A DNA stretch of 63,566 nt, the filler included, from Aduncisulcus paluster (lineage: Eukaryota): assembly GCA_024181965.1 (NCBI GenBank). It is 10 parts of 10 records of this genome, joined end to end, with 100 filler letters (N's around TTAATTAATTAA, not from the genome) between each part and the next. Parts side by side here need not be neighbours in the genome. Positions count along the whole stretch, not along the records: positions 20,602 to 29,733 come from BQXS01011898.1; positions 29,834 to 31,685 come from BQXS01011899.1; positions 31,786 to 38,086 come from BQXS01011901.1; 7 more parts are not named here. The stretch is one strand, 5' to 3'. Below are positions 23,175-34,700 of the stretch, piece after piece (within the stretch, counting starts at the first letter, position 1; each line of letters begins with the position of its first letter). The notes under the pieces are model-generated. The model saw only the letters and a list, made by a program, of their open reading frames with translations, searched no databases and had not been told where the DNA came from. The position numbers and the translations under genes were made by a program.

Positions 23175-24957
23175 ATGAGCGTTCTTAATATTAATATTGG
23201 ATTTTTGGGTCATGTTGACTCTGGAAAAACGTCAATAAGTATGTAAATAATTGATATACTGATTGTTTTGCTATTATGTATTGTTCCATCTCAGATGTCG
23301 TTGTTTTACAATTTTGCTTTTTGATTAAGCCAAAAAATTATCGAAAATATCTTCAACGGCATGCTTTGATAAACATCCACAATCTAAAGCGAGAGGAATT
23401 ACCCTTGATCTTGGTTTTTCTGCTTTCGAAACTGACGCTCCAGATCATGTGAAAGCCAAAGGGTTTGATAAAATTAGATTCACTCTTGTTGATTGCCCGG
23501 GACATGCTTCATTGATAAAAACTGTGCTTGGTGGTGCTCAAATTGTTGATGTGATCGTTCTTGTTGTTGATTCTGTGAGAGGTTTTCAAGCTCAGACTGC
23601 CGAGGGGCTAGTAATCGCTGAAATATTATCAAAATCATTAGTTCTGGCCTTGAACAAAGTCGACATGTTGAAAGACATTTCCGAACTTCCCAAGATTCGA
23701 AAAAAAGCATCAAAAATCCTTTCCAAAACTGTATTTTCTTCCAGTAATATTGTTGAAGTTAGTGCCAAAGATGACTCTATTGGCATAGATAAACTTCGAG
23801 ATGCTTTAATTGCCTCTGTTGTGGTTCCTGATAGAGCTCTTGTATCTGTTTCTCCGGAATCCTCTGATCAATCTGAAAAGGTTTCCTCGGATGCTGTTGG
23901 AAAGTTCATTGGGTCTTCATCTTCTTATCATGATCCTTTCACATTTGTGTATGATCACTCCTTCAAGATTCGTGGCCATGGAACCGTGTTCACAGGCACA
24001 TGCATCGGAGGACATATTAATGTTGGAGAAAGGGTTATTCTTCCAGAGATATCAGACCCAATGCCTATTCGTTCCATTCAAGTCTTTAAAGAGAGTGTTT
24101 CCTCCATAAAGGTTGGAGAGAGAGCAGGAATATGCATTAGTGGAGCCAAAGTGTCCGAGGAACGAGGGATGATCGTCAGTGAAGGTGAAATATTGCCACC
24201 TACTTCACGATTCATTGCTTTATTACATCCTATTAGGTTTTTTTCTCGAGATATCCATAGCAAGAAGGAGAAATATCACATTACAATTGGTCATAGCACT
24301 TGTCTTGCAACATTATCAATTCTATCTTTGCAAAAAAAGGAGACTCCACTTGGAACTCACGATACTATGGAAGAGGATGAGGAAACCGTTCAAGATGCCC
24401 AAAAAATACGTGAGAGTATCTTAAATGAATCTGGTACTGTTCCACCAGTGAAGATCCTACTTTCTCAAGTAGTTCCAAGCCCACATACTTCTCAGTCTCC
24501 ATTTATAGCTCTTTTGACACTGGACAGGCCTGTGGTTGTTCCTAAACATTCTCAACTCATCGGTTCAAGGTTAGATATTGAAGCTGAGAAATCATCAGAA
24601 TGCCGGATTGCTTTTTCTGGATCAATTCTGGCTCACTTAGACAGTGATGATGCTCTGAAGCAGTTACATGTTATGAAGAAAAGTATATGGAAAGGTTCCG
24701 TTGTGAGAGTCGGAAGAGGAGGGAAAAATATTATTATAAAAGATTTGATTTTTGATATCCCAATTAAAGAATTTGTGGGATACAAGGTAAATATTATTAA
24801 AGATTCTGGAGAAATCGTAAAGGCAGAAATTGAATGCGCTTTTGGTGAGGGAAAAATTAAGTTAAAACCTATTGATGCCATTTCTGGAGTGAAAAATGGA
24901 AATCTTGTTGAAATGGAAGTTGAGCGGGAAATTTCAATTTTAGGAAAGAAAAAATGA
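23175..24957 (+). CDS. EEFSEC: Selenocysteine-specific elongation factor eEFSec, 2 exons: 23175-23238 and 23330-24957
   Basis: Spliced N-terminus MSVLNINIGFLGHVDSGKTSITKKLSKISSTACFDKHPQSKARGITLDLGFS, then TLVDCPGHASLIKTVLGGAQIVD, QAQTAEGLVIAE, LNKVD, DHSFKIRGHGTVFTGT, IGSRLD...CRIAFSG and AFGEGKIK. Confidence 0.94.
23239..23329 (+). other. Spliceosomal intron (91 nt, phase 1) in eEFSec
   Basis: GTATGT...TTGATTAAG. Removal joins the P-loop exon in frame with the 23449 ORF. Confidence 0.92.
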
Positions 24958-25027
24958 AATTCTATCCATATTTGATAATTATATTTCTATTTTCTCAGTG
25001 TTTGAATCGTTGTTTTTTCGACTTGTG

Positions 25028-25076
25028 CCACAGCCGTCGTAAACTTTACAAACTCCACAGCCGTCGTAAACTTTAC
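25028..25076 (+). repeat. 22-nt direct repeat CCACAGCCGTCGTAAACTTTAC x2 with a 5-nt spacer
   Basis: Copies at 25028-25049 and 25055-25076, about 70 nt after the eEFSec stop. Confidence 0.85.
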
Positions 25077-25260
25077 GAAGAATCCTTGAAGGATTAATTA
25101 CAAAATAAAATAAATATATTAGAAGTTGTCAGTAATTATATGTCCATATTTTATGTGTATTAATAAGAATTATCCGGTATTATAAGTGAAACGCTGAAAC
25201 CGTCGATTTTGGCTATCCCAATCTAATTTGGCCAAAAATCTGATCATATTCCAATTATAA

Positions 25261-27894
25261 ATGTTGGAAGAGCATTTCTTTGACCAAATTAAGCTCTCTC
25301 CACTCTTACAAGGACTTCATGTGAAATGTCCTTCATATATCATTGCTAGTGGTGTAAAAGAGCTTAGTTGGTATGTATCTTCTCTAAATTCCCGTAAACA
25401 AAGAACAATAATACGGAAAAAATCGAGTGCTACTTCAGTTCAATCCATTACAGACTGTTTTGCGAGAGAGGCGGCGACCTCAAGAGCTCTACGTCCAGGA
25501 GCTTCTTTTTGTACAATATATATGAGTGTTCCAGATGTTGTTGATCCCATTGCTATCCCTTCTGATGCCGGAACATTCCGAGATGTGATTTCTTATGTAT
25601 TTGGAAGGAAGAGGAGATGTGAAATCGTTACTCATCGTTGTGGTCGGGGTCATGTCGATGAAGTCACATTTCCGTTGTGTATCCAGGGATCGAATCCCCA
25701 TTTTTCTTCATTTGCTGCCACTTTGTATCAAAAGGCCAAACCAACGTCGCATATTCCCACTTGTTCTCCTTTGTATGTACCTTCCAGTACATTGATTGTT
25801 GCTACGATTCGTAGAAAAACTCGAAAATCGGACGATTCATCTTTTCCTCTTGGAGATTCTCTTGTAAAAGATGTTGAAGAAGTTGGATCGACTGACGCCA
25901 CAGCTAGCTCGTCATATTTTGAATACACTGTTACCCAAGGACATGAAGATATGCCTATTTCACATCCTTCACTGGACACTGCCTTCCCTTTGCCCTATCC
26001 TCATACCACTGTGAGTATGCCTGAAGGATCTCTTCGTGCTCGAATCAGACGTTGTTTATTGACATTAGTATCGCATTTTTCCATCTCTCTGTGTGGCGTG
26101 AATGTTGTTGGTCTCACGGTCACCTTTGGGATATCGAACAATGATGAAAGTGATCTCTCTCTCTTGTCCGTCAATGCTCTTGCAGTTCACCGAACCAAAG
26201 AACAAAGAAAACGAAAGAAAGCTGGAAAATCGGTCGTCTCCAACCCTTCAAAAGAAATGAATCGTTCGTTGCATCCCTCTTCAGCGTCTTCTGTTAAATC
26301 AAAGGGTTTCACTCCTCGTTCGAAGGGATTGAAGAGTCCTTCTCCATATGCACAGCCTCTGATACGTGATAGTGCTCAGATTATGGCTCATAAAAAGGTT
26401 AAAAGTGTTCTTAAGAAAACTCCCAAAGGAAGTGGATATGGACGTAAAATACCTTCTCAACCGCGTCCTAAGACAGCCAATAGTATCTCTCGTCCAGGAA
26501 TGCGATCTTCCATGTCATACCCAGCTCAGACGCCATCGAGATTCACTCCCAGACCTCCCTCTAGTGATCACCGACTCTCCTCAGGTTCTGTGAGCACCCT
26601 TTCTAAACGGCCTAAATCCGCTATTGTACGTCCGAAATCGGCATCTATGGTCCCGCCTCTACCTCCATCATTCTCTGTGTCTGTTTCCGCTGCTGCCAGA
26701 CCCCCGTCTGAACAACGACTCAAGTCTCTCTCCACACCGAAACATGTCACGATGAAAAGGACAAAAATTGATCAGATATTTCACAGGGAGGTTGTGGAGG
26801 AGGAGAAGAAACGTAAGAGAAAGGCCCAAGAATGGTTACTTCAGAAACGCCAGGCGGGCGTTCTTGATCTTCTAGTTTATGGGTTTAAGGATGAGCAAGT
26901 TCATCGAGTCGGCGATGAATTTGGAGATGTTGGGATTGAAAGACGTTCAAAGAGTGCAAATAGTCTTAGACCTTCATCCGCTGCTTTTCGAAGATCAGAT
27001 ATGAATCCCTCACCGTTTCAAGGAAATTGTGATGCAAAGATTCCGACCCGTCCACGTCCTTCCTCTTCCTATTCCTCTTCTCTTATTCGAGAGCTTCCTT
27101 GTTCCCCTATTCGTGATTATATTGTGACAGGAGATGTTGGAAAGGCTGAACTGGCAAGTGCTTTCTTCCACGAACCATCGGATAGGGAGAATGATGGAAC
27201 TGGCATCATTTCAGTCACCCCAATGCAACAACAACCAGCATCCATGGCTCATCCAGCCATTTTGAGTGAGAAAGAAGAGATTGGTGGAAATGAAAATGTG
27301 GCTCAATCAATTCAGCAGGAACAAGCACAGTCTGGTGAAGATAAGGATGATTTTGATGAAGATTTTGATTTTGAGGATGATGAAGAAAAGGAACAAAAGA
27401 AATCTCCCCAATCTGAGATTCCTCTGACTTCGAAGAAAGACACCGATCAGGTTCCACATAATACTTCGGAATTCAAGCACCCCACGGATGATGATGAATT
27501 TGATGAATTTGATGAATTTGACGAATCTCCTCATGATCCTTCTGACGTGAATCCAAACCCTCTGCCTCAGCCAATCTCTGAGCGTTCTTCACCCCTGTCT
27601 CGCTCTTCGGTAACAACACCCACTCGAATGCGGTCTCCATCAACGCGTTCTTCATCCCACCTATCTAACTCGCCAAGTCGGTGTCAGTCTCCGTTGAAAG
27701 CAAGCTCATATTTCAAAGAGTTGTCGTCAATATATATGCCGAAAGTTCCCATTGATCTCCGTGGGGAGACTGTCATGGGAAAGAGTCATTCGCCCATCAG
27801 GCGTGTTTGTGGCCGATTGAATAGTCATATCAAGGATTCTGAAGTTGAAAGTAATTCGGAAGATGGTAATACTCTCGAAAAGTTACAGGAATAG
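25261..27894 (+). CDS. Hypothetical protein; globular-looking N-terminal third, then Ser/Pro/Arg-rich and acidic disordered region
   Basis: 877-aa ATG ORF between AT-rich intergenic regions. No family recognised. Confidence 0.75.
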   Translation: MLEEHFFDQIKLSPLLQGLHVKCPSYIIASGVKELSWYVSSLNSRKQRTIIRKKSSATSVQSITDCFAREAATSRALRPGASFCTIYMSVPDVVDPIAIPSDAGTFRDVISYVFGRKRRCEIVTHRCGRGHVDEVTFPLCIQGSNPHFSSFAATLYQKAKPTSHIPTCSPLYVPSSTLIVATIRRKTRKSDDSSFPLGDSLVKDVEEVGSTDATASSSYFEYTVTQGHEDMPISHPSLDTAFPLPYPHTTVSMPEGSLRARIRRCLLTLVSHFSISLCGVNVVGLTVTFGISNNDESDLSLLSVNALAVHRTKEQRKRKKAGKSVVSNPSKEMNRSLHPSSASSVKSKGFTPRSKGLKSPSPYAQPLIRDSAQIMAHKKVKSVLKKTPKGSGYGRKIPSQPRPKTANSISRPGMRSSMSYPAQTPSRFTPRPPSSDHRLSSGSVSTLSKRPKSAIVRPKSASMVPPLPPSFSVSVSAAARPPSEQRLKSLSTPKHVTMKRTKIDQIFHREVVEEEKKRKRKAQEWLLQKRQAGVLDLLVYGFKDEQVHRVGDEFGDVGIERRSKSANSLRPSSAAFRRSDMNPSPFQGNCDAKIPTRPRPSSSYSSSLIRELPCSPIRDYIVTGDVGKAELASAFFHEPSDRENDGTGIISVTPMQQQPASMAHPAILSEKEEIGGNENVAQSIQQEQAQSGEDKDDFDEDFDFEDDEEKEQKKSPQSEIPLTSKKDTDQVPHNTSEFKHPTDDDEFDEFDEFDESPHDPSDVNPNPLPQPISERSSPLSRSSVTTPTRMRSPSTRSSSHLSNSPSRCQSPLKASSYFKELSSIYMPKVPIDLRGETVMGKSHSPIRRVCGRLNSHIKDSEVESNSEDGNTLEKLQE

Positions 27895-29306
27895 TCGATA
27901 TATGTGAGGTTTATTCTTTGATAAAGATCTTTATGTATTTTTTTATTATCCAGATGCTGGATTCCAGATATACAATCATTTTGTATGGAATATCATGATT
28001 CATTATCAATTTAACACCAATGGTATCATTTTAAACAATGTACCATGGTACTATCGTGAGTTTATTCCAAGTTGTATTGTTCGCCTGTCAATTTGATAAC
28101 AGAAATAAATTTTCTTCTTTTTTGATTAATGTATTATAGGGTCGTCTGTTCATTNNNNNNNNNNNNNNNNNNNNATATTTCAAAGAGTTGTCGTCAATAT
28201 ATATGCCGAAAGTTCCCATTGATCTCCGTGGGGAGACTGTCATGGGAAAGAGTCATTCGCCCATCAGGCGTGGTTGTGGCCGATTGAATAGTCATATCAA
28301 GGATTCTGAAGTTGAAAGTAATTCGGAAGATGGTAATACTCTCGAAAAGTTACAGGAATAGTCGATATATGTGAGGTTTATTCTTTGATAAAGATCTTTA
28401 TGTATTTTTTTATTATCCAGATGCTGGATTCCAGATATACAATCATTTTGTATGGAATATCATGATTCATGATCAATTTAACACCAATGGTATCATTTTA
28501 AACAATGTACCATGGTACTATCGTGAGTTTATTCCAAGTTGTATTGTTCGCCTGTCAATTTGATAACAGAAATAAATTTTCTTCTTTTTTGATTAATGTA
28601 TTATAGGGTCGTCTGTTCATTGTTTCGCAGAAACTAGATTCCGTTATTGATCTCGTTGTAACAACTTGTGTGGAATCGAATTGATTCTCTCAAATGAATA
28701 AATTTGCTAGCCACCGATATAAATTTAATATTTTTATTGGTTAACACTTGTTACCGTTTTGAAATAGTATAACAACCCATATCGAAACGTTTCTACTGAT
28801 AATCCAGTAAAAAGCTTTAAATCACTATAATTACCTTGTTTACATGGCGCAATTTGGAAAATATCAAGAAGTTTTTTACTGGTGTTCTAAAAATAGAAAT
28901 TCCAAAAATAGATTATTCAAAATAGTAATCAGTCAAATAATGCATGAATTACATGTTTAAAAGAATTTAATACGAGTAAAATGATAAAAGTAAAGAAATA
29001 TAAACAAAAAGTTATGAAACAAAACATCTGAAAAACGAATCGTTATTTTGACTTTCTATCGAAAGAATTACGAATTAATTAACAATTTTTGGACATATAA
29101 ACAATAAATAACGATATTCATTTTTCATTTTTCTATTTTTAGAAAATCTATTTTTAGAATAAACATATTCAATTTCCCTCCATGAGGAGGAAAAACTCAG
29201 TTTCGATGGCGAAAATAATCGTCATCATCTATAATTCGTTTTTTTTTAATTTTATAACTTTACAAAAGCGACAGAAACTTCAAATTAAAAGCAAAGTATT
29301 GGTAAA

Positions 29307-29732
29307 TCAGAATTTATCAAATTCTATTGGTTTTTGTTCATGAAAAATACGTTCAATCTCACCCCCAGAATCTTCGAAATATCGATAAAAAGAATCGTAC
29401 AAACTTCTTTCATCAACATAAGACATCGAAAAATGACGATAAGAAGGCAAAATACACTTGATATCGGTGGAATGTGAATATATTTGATAACTAGAAATAT
29501 CAGAATCCAAAGAATTCCTGAAAGGCCTCCGTTCTGCTTGGATTCTACTCCGTGTCAATACATTATAAAACTTGGACGATTTCTCGAATCCATCCTGAAT
29601 TTCCACAATAAGACATGTCTTGAGAGACAAACCATGTGACATACTGTCCGAAGAAGAATTGTGCACACAACGAGACGGAAAAGTTAAGAGACTCTTCATG
29701 CCAACAGTGGATTTCCGAACCAAAAATTGCAT
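29307..29732 (-). CDS. Hypothetical protein, probably the C-terminal fragment of a gene cut by the linker
   Basis: ORF abuts the linker and is followed by an AT-rich 3' region. Confidence 0.45.
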   Translation of the reverse strand: MQFLVRKSTVGMKSLLTFPSRCVHNSSSDSMSHGLSLKTCLIVEIQDGFEKSSKFYNVLTRSRIQAERRPFRNSLDSDISSYQIYSHSTDIKCILPSYRHFSMSYVDERSLYDSFYRYFEDSGGEIERIFHEQKPIEFDKF

Positions 29733-30362
29733 TNNNNNNNNNNNNNNNNNNNNNNNNNNNNNNNNNNNNNNNNNNNNTTAATTAATTAANNNNNNNNNNN
29801 NNNNNNNNNNNNNNNNNNNNNNNNNNNNNNNNNGGCACAAAACAACGGTACAATATGGATTAAGCGTAGATCATACGGATTTATGTCCGAAACAAGGATG
29901 ATAAATGTGTGACTCGAAGACAAAAGGGCTCCAGAAGCATGAACTCTGATTGCGACGTGATGGACATATATTTTGCGTATGGCCAAGGAAGGAAGTCGCA
30001 CCAAGGGTATAACAGAACAATGATTTATTGACCGAATGTCTCACAGTTCATGCAATCCGCGAGATACGACGAATCAAGGATAACAGAAGCGGAGGTGAAT
30101 GAGATTTATTATGAACATTGAAATCTATCAAGAGTATCAATGTGAAGTGACGATAATGCCAGAAAGACAGGAAATGTTATCGTGAGCGATAAAATAAAAA
30201 CAATAATTTTATGTAAGTTGAAAAAATAATTGAATAAACAATAAAAAGAATAATCATAAAACCTTGAAAAGTAACAAGATTGTTCTTTCAAATTTTCTAT
30301 TATTTCGTTGGACAAGATAGTCTCTATTGATTAAAAAATTAAAAATATTTTTGATACAATTC

Positions 30363-31685
30363 TTAACTGCTATCGGGAATGATCCAGTTAGATGGAACAG
30401 GATCATCGATGGAGTATCCAAAGATGGCTGGGGCATACCAGATAGAAAGCAAGGTACCGACGACAACAGAAATCATGTGAACGATCACACCAATGCCGAA
30501 CATATCCTTTGTAGTAATCTTCTTACTGCTAAAAACTATAAGATTGCATGGAGTGGCAACAGGAAGAGAGAAGGCGAAGGAACATGAAATGGTCACGGGA
30601 ATGGAGAGAATGAGAGGATGTTTGTCGAGACTCTTGGAAAGAGCCAAGAAGATTGGAATAAACACATTGCTGGTGGCAGTGTTACTCGTGACCTCAGTAA
30701 GGAGAGAAATGACAAACACAACAATGAATATAAGAAGAGGCATGCTCATGTTGGACAGAGAACTAAAGGCACTCCCAATATAATCACTGAGTCCACTTTC
30801 ATCGAAGGCAGCTGAAAGAGCATATCCACCACCGAACAAGAAGACAATATCCCAGGGAATCTTCTTTGTAGTAGCCCAATCCATGATGAAGGTCTTGGAA
30901 CCTTTCACAGGACAAGGGTTCTTTGCAGGAATCATGTATAACAAACATGAGACAATCATAGCCACGGTACCATCGTCAATAAACTTACTTTCAGGGAAAA
31001 TATTGGACCATCCGGGAATTTTGAAGTTATCTCCAAATTTCAGGTCACCCCTGAACATCCAAAGAATGGCAAGGACAACGAAACAAATGGCAACAACAAT
31101 TTCCTCATAAGAAATCTTTCCAAGGTCTTGATATTTCTTTTTAAGATCAGAGAGATCAATATGCAGAGGATTTCTCTTTGAAGGAACGAACAAAATCAAA
31201 AACAACAAAAACAAGATAACGAAGAGAACTAAAGCAAGAGGAAAGGCGAAGAAGAACCAAGTTGAGAAAGAAAAGGTTTCTCCAACATTCTGAAAAGTTT
31301 GTTTAAGGAAGGCATCGAGAGCGAGATTGGGAGGAGTTCCAATAAGAGTTCCAATGCCTCCAATGGAAGCTGAAAATGCGACACCTATGAGCATGGCAAG
31401 AGTGAACTTGTGAGTACGGTCCTTACCTAAGGATGACTCGAGTTCATTAGCAATAGCAAGAACATTGGGCATCATAGACATAACTGTAGCAGTGTTACTA
31501 ATCCACATTGACAAGAACCAGGTGACAGCCATCATTCCAAACAAAAGAAGACCGGGTTTACCCTTGGTCATCACAACAATTCTAAGGGCAATTCTAGTAT
31601 GAAGATTCCAACGTTGCATAGCTAAAGCCATAATAAATCCACCAAGGAAGGTGAAAATAGTACTTTTCATGTAATTACTTGCCAC
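30363..31685 (-). CDS. SLC13/DASS Na+:dicarboxylate/sulfate symporter, 5' partial
   Basis: FLGGFIMALAMQRWNLHTRIAL, SMWISNTAT, GTLIGTPPN, PWDIVFLFGGGYAL, TEVTSNTAT, SFAFSLPVATPCN. Confidence 0.94.
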   Translation of the reverse strand: MASNYMKSTIFTFLGGFIMALAMQRWNLHTRIALRIVVMTKGKPGLLLFGMMAVTWFLSMWISNTATVMSMMPNVLAIANELESSLGKDRTHKFTLAMLIGVAFSASIGGIGTLIGTPPNLALDAFLKQTFQNVGETFSFSTWFFFAFPLALVLFVILFLLFLILFVPSKRNPLHIDLSDLKKKYQDLGKISYEEIVVAICFVVLAILWMFRGDLKFGDNFKIPGWSNIFPESKFIDDGTVAMIVSCLLYMIPAKNPCPVKGSKTFIMDWATTKKIPWDIVFLFGGGYALSAAFDESGLSDYIGSAFSSLSNMSMPLLIFIVVFVISLLTEVTSNTATSNVFIPIFLALSKSLDKHPLILSIPVTISCSFAFSLPVATPCNLIVFSSKKITTKDMFGIGVIVHMISVVVGTLLSIWYAPAIFGYSIDDPVPSNWIIPDSS

Positions 31686-31785
31686 NNNNNNNNNNNNNNN
31701 NNNNNNNNNNNNNNNNNNNNNNNNNNNNNTTAATTAATTAANNNNNNNNNNNNNNNNNNNNNNNNNNNNNNNNNNNNNNNNNNNN

Positions 31786-34700
31786 CTACAAAGAGATGAC
31801 ATCAACAGTGATAGCGAGAGCGTAATGTTATTCACTGAGGGTGCACTATCTACCGAGGAACTGACAGGTCTACGTTCTGGCTCATCCTCATCCCCCAAGG
31901 TATCTTTGGGAGCAAAAGCAAACCACTTCATGTGTTGACTCATGTCAGCCATGTCAACGGCAACAGAGTCACCGCTGAGCTGGGAGAGCTGATTCAACAC
32001 CGAATAACACATATCAGTGTCACAAACATCGAGAGCTAAAAATAGAACATAAAGATAATATTTGACTTGATGAAGCTCGAGTGCATGGATCCAAGCCAAA
32101 TCCATGATGCCGAGTCCAAGAGCCTCGAAGAATGCAGTGTCTGATGTTGATGAAGAAGGGAATGAGCTCAGGGAACTGTTTCTCCTCAGAGCCTCAAGCT
32201 GAGACTGTGGGAGTGTCCTTCCTCGCAGAGAGAAAGGGAAAGAGGAGGAGTGAGTGAAAGACACGTCAAAGGAAGAGGACTCTTTGGTCGAAGAACCCAC
32301 AGAACTAATACCAGCAACTCCAATACTCTTCTCCTTGGCAGTCACACAGGGTTCTCTCGGGCCAGATTTAAGGTGATGCATGTATGACACGTGAGAGCCG
32401 AATGAAGGAAGAGGCTTAGCGAACATTGATCCCGATGGAAGAGCAAGGGATACTTGTCCATTGAAAAGACCCAAAAGAGTAGCTCTATGGGGGAGAGTTA
32501 GAGTCCTTCCAATGAGATGTACAGGACGATTCAGCATAATGGAGTATGGGAGCATTCGTACCTCCAGAAGGGTGACCAAGGAGCTGAGACCACCAGACTT
32601 ACCTATGCTTTTGGCAACATCTGCAGAATTCATATAGGCAACAGTGAGGAAGTTGGCATCGGAATCATCCCAAATGACATGAGTGCTTGTGGAAGAGGCA
32701 GGAGAATGCAAATCAGTGTCAAGGGGAATGATTGTACGTTTGGAACTGTCGATTATTCCAACCGTAGTAGACACAGATTGAGCAGAGGAAGCGAAGATAG
32801 TCCCTGACGCTGACAATGAGGGTGAGCCTGGACCAATGCTGGATCTTGTGGATAGTTTCTCTCCCTTTTCAGCCTCTCCAGATGCCCTGAATGCACTAAC
32901 TCCACGGTATCCTTGTAAGGAAACAGGACTTCTGAAGCATACACCGACCCTGGTCGGGATGGCAGGACACACGGACAAGGACAGGACAGAGAACGATGTG
33001 GAGAATGTGTTGTCATAGAGAATGTTCGGATGGACATGACCACTCGGATCTCTCCCCAGTAAGAAGGTTGTTATAGAAGTGGAACCAAACCGAGAAGGTG
33101 ACATAGATCCCTTGCTGCCACCCATGGATGAGTCTGCTGGGTTGGTATCAAACATTCTATTGCCACTGACACACGCTACGTATGAAGACACGGATATACA
33201 TTCACATCTAGCCATAAGCATTACACAGGGGACGGTATATGTCGAAGTACTCACTCCGGATGACTTTCCACGAGATTGACCTGGTCGAGCAGCATCAAAA
33301 CGAGTCTTGGTCTTTGTCAACTCTGCAATAGAACATGTTTTGTAGGACTCGTAAGTCATTCTTCTGATAGCTACACTCACAACTTCATTGTCTGCACCTC
33401 TTTTGAGCACCAACGTATTCAGGGGGATCATGTATAAATATCCTTTGTGGGTGCAGACCATCAGAGTCGTGGGGGGGGTTTGACGAGAGGGGACAACAGT
33501 GGAAATATCAGTCCCTGTTGAATCTGCAGACAAACGCTGAGAACAGACGTATACGGAACTGATCGAGTCATCGTTTGTGTTGTTAAACTGGTGGATATCT
33601 GATGATACTCCGATATTCCAGCTTCTTTTGACAGATATTGATGCTACATGGCCTTGTATTTTGTCCACAATATCCGTTAAACCTTCACAATGAGATTTCA
33701 CAGTTTCCCCAAGTACATAGATATTGATTTCCTTGTTGGTGTATGTGACAAGCACATTACCGCAGAAACTCATTCCTTTTGGCTCTGTTTTACACACGAT
33801 GGTGGCAATGTTGTGCTTTCCTTTCCCCACTGTGAGCATTTCTGGGGAACTTGACCCAGAATCTTTTTCCGACCCACTCACGACAGGCTGACGCAATATA
33901 CTCACGTCTCTCATCCCACTGAGAACAGATACACATCGAGATCCATCCGAGCAGGCCATAGTACGGGTGGATGAGACGAAAGCACGAACAGCTCCATTAA
34001 TGAACCCCACTGCAACGACCCTTCCATCAGAACTCCAAGACACACAGCATGCAGAGCGCAAGGTATCGATTTCATCAGGCTCATATCCATCCTCGTCCTC
34101 GGATCCCTTCTTAAAGCTCAGGGAGTGGGAAGTGGTTGTCCAACCAGAGAGACTGATCGTGTTCAATGTAGAGCCTTGAGGGACAGCCAGGGCTTGTAGT
34201 TCGGTATTATATGAGAATAAAGGCGAAGATATGGAACTCGTCACTCCGACGTAACCAGTGAGACCAGCTCCACTCCGTCGGTTGAAGAACATAGCCTCTG
34301 GTCTCACACGACTCTTCAACGCAAGAACTTCCTTACCAATCTCTTTTGTAGCTAGGGATACAACAACGAAACCACCATTACGGAAGTACACACCAAGGAA
34401 TCCTATCTCTTTATCAGAAACACCATCGGTCTTACGGGATCTTTGGGGGCCAGAGAAAATGCTGATGCCATGAACTTCACCATACGACGAAGAAAAGGAC
34501 AGAGACAGGGTTGTCATCTGTTGGGAATCCTCAACTGCCACACCACGCTCGATCGATGAGGGGAGACGAACAACGAACACTGGATTCGGCTTATCGCCAG
34601 ACTTTACATCTTCGTGCATCAATGATAATGCCCTATCTTTATCGCCATCTGGAATATGACAAGGTGTTTTACGTTGACGTGTCATGAAACAGACTGCAGG

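Noticed and set aside
25028..25076. CRISPR-like repeat or SECIS
   Set aside because: Only two copies with a 5-nt spacer, no cas genes and a eukaryotic context; it also lacks the SECIS non-Watson-Crick quartet.
29834..30110. Moderately GC-rich stretch after a linker, possible coding or mobile-element fragment
   Set aside because: No frame gives a recognisable protein and no terminal repeats are visible.
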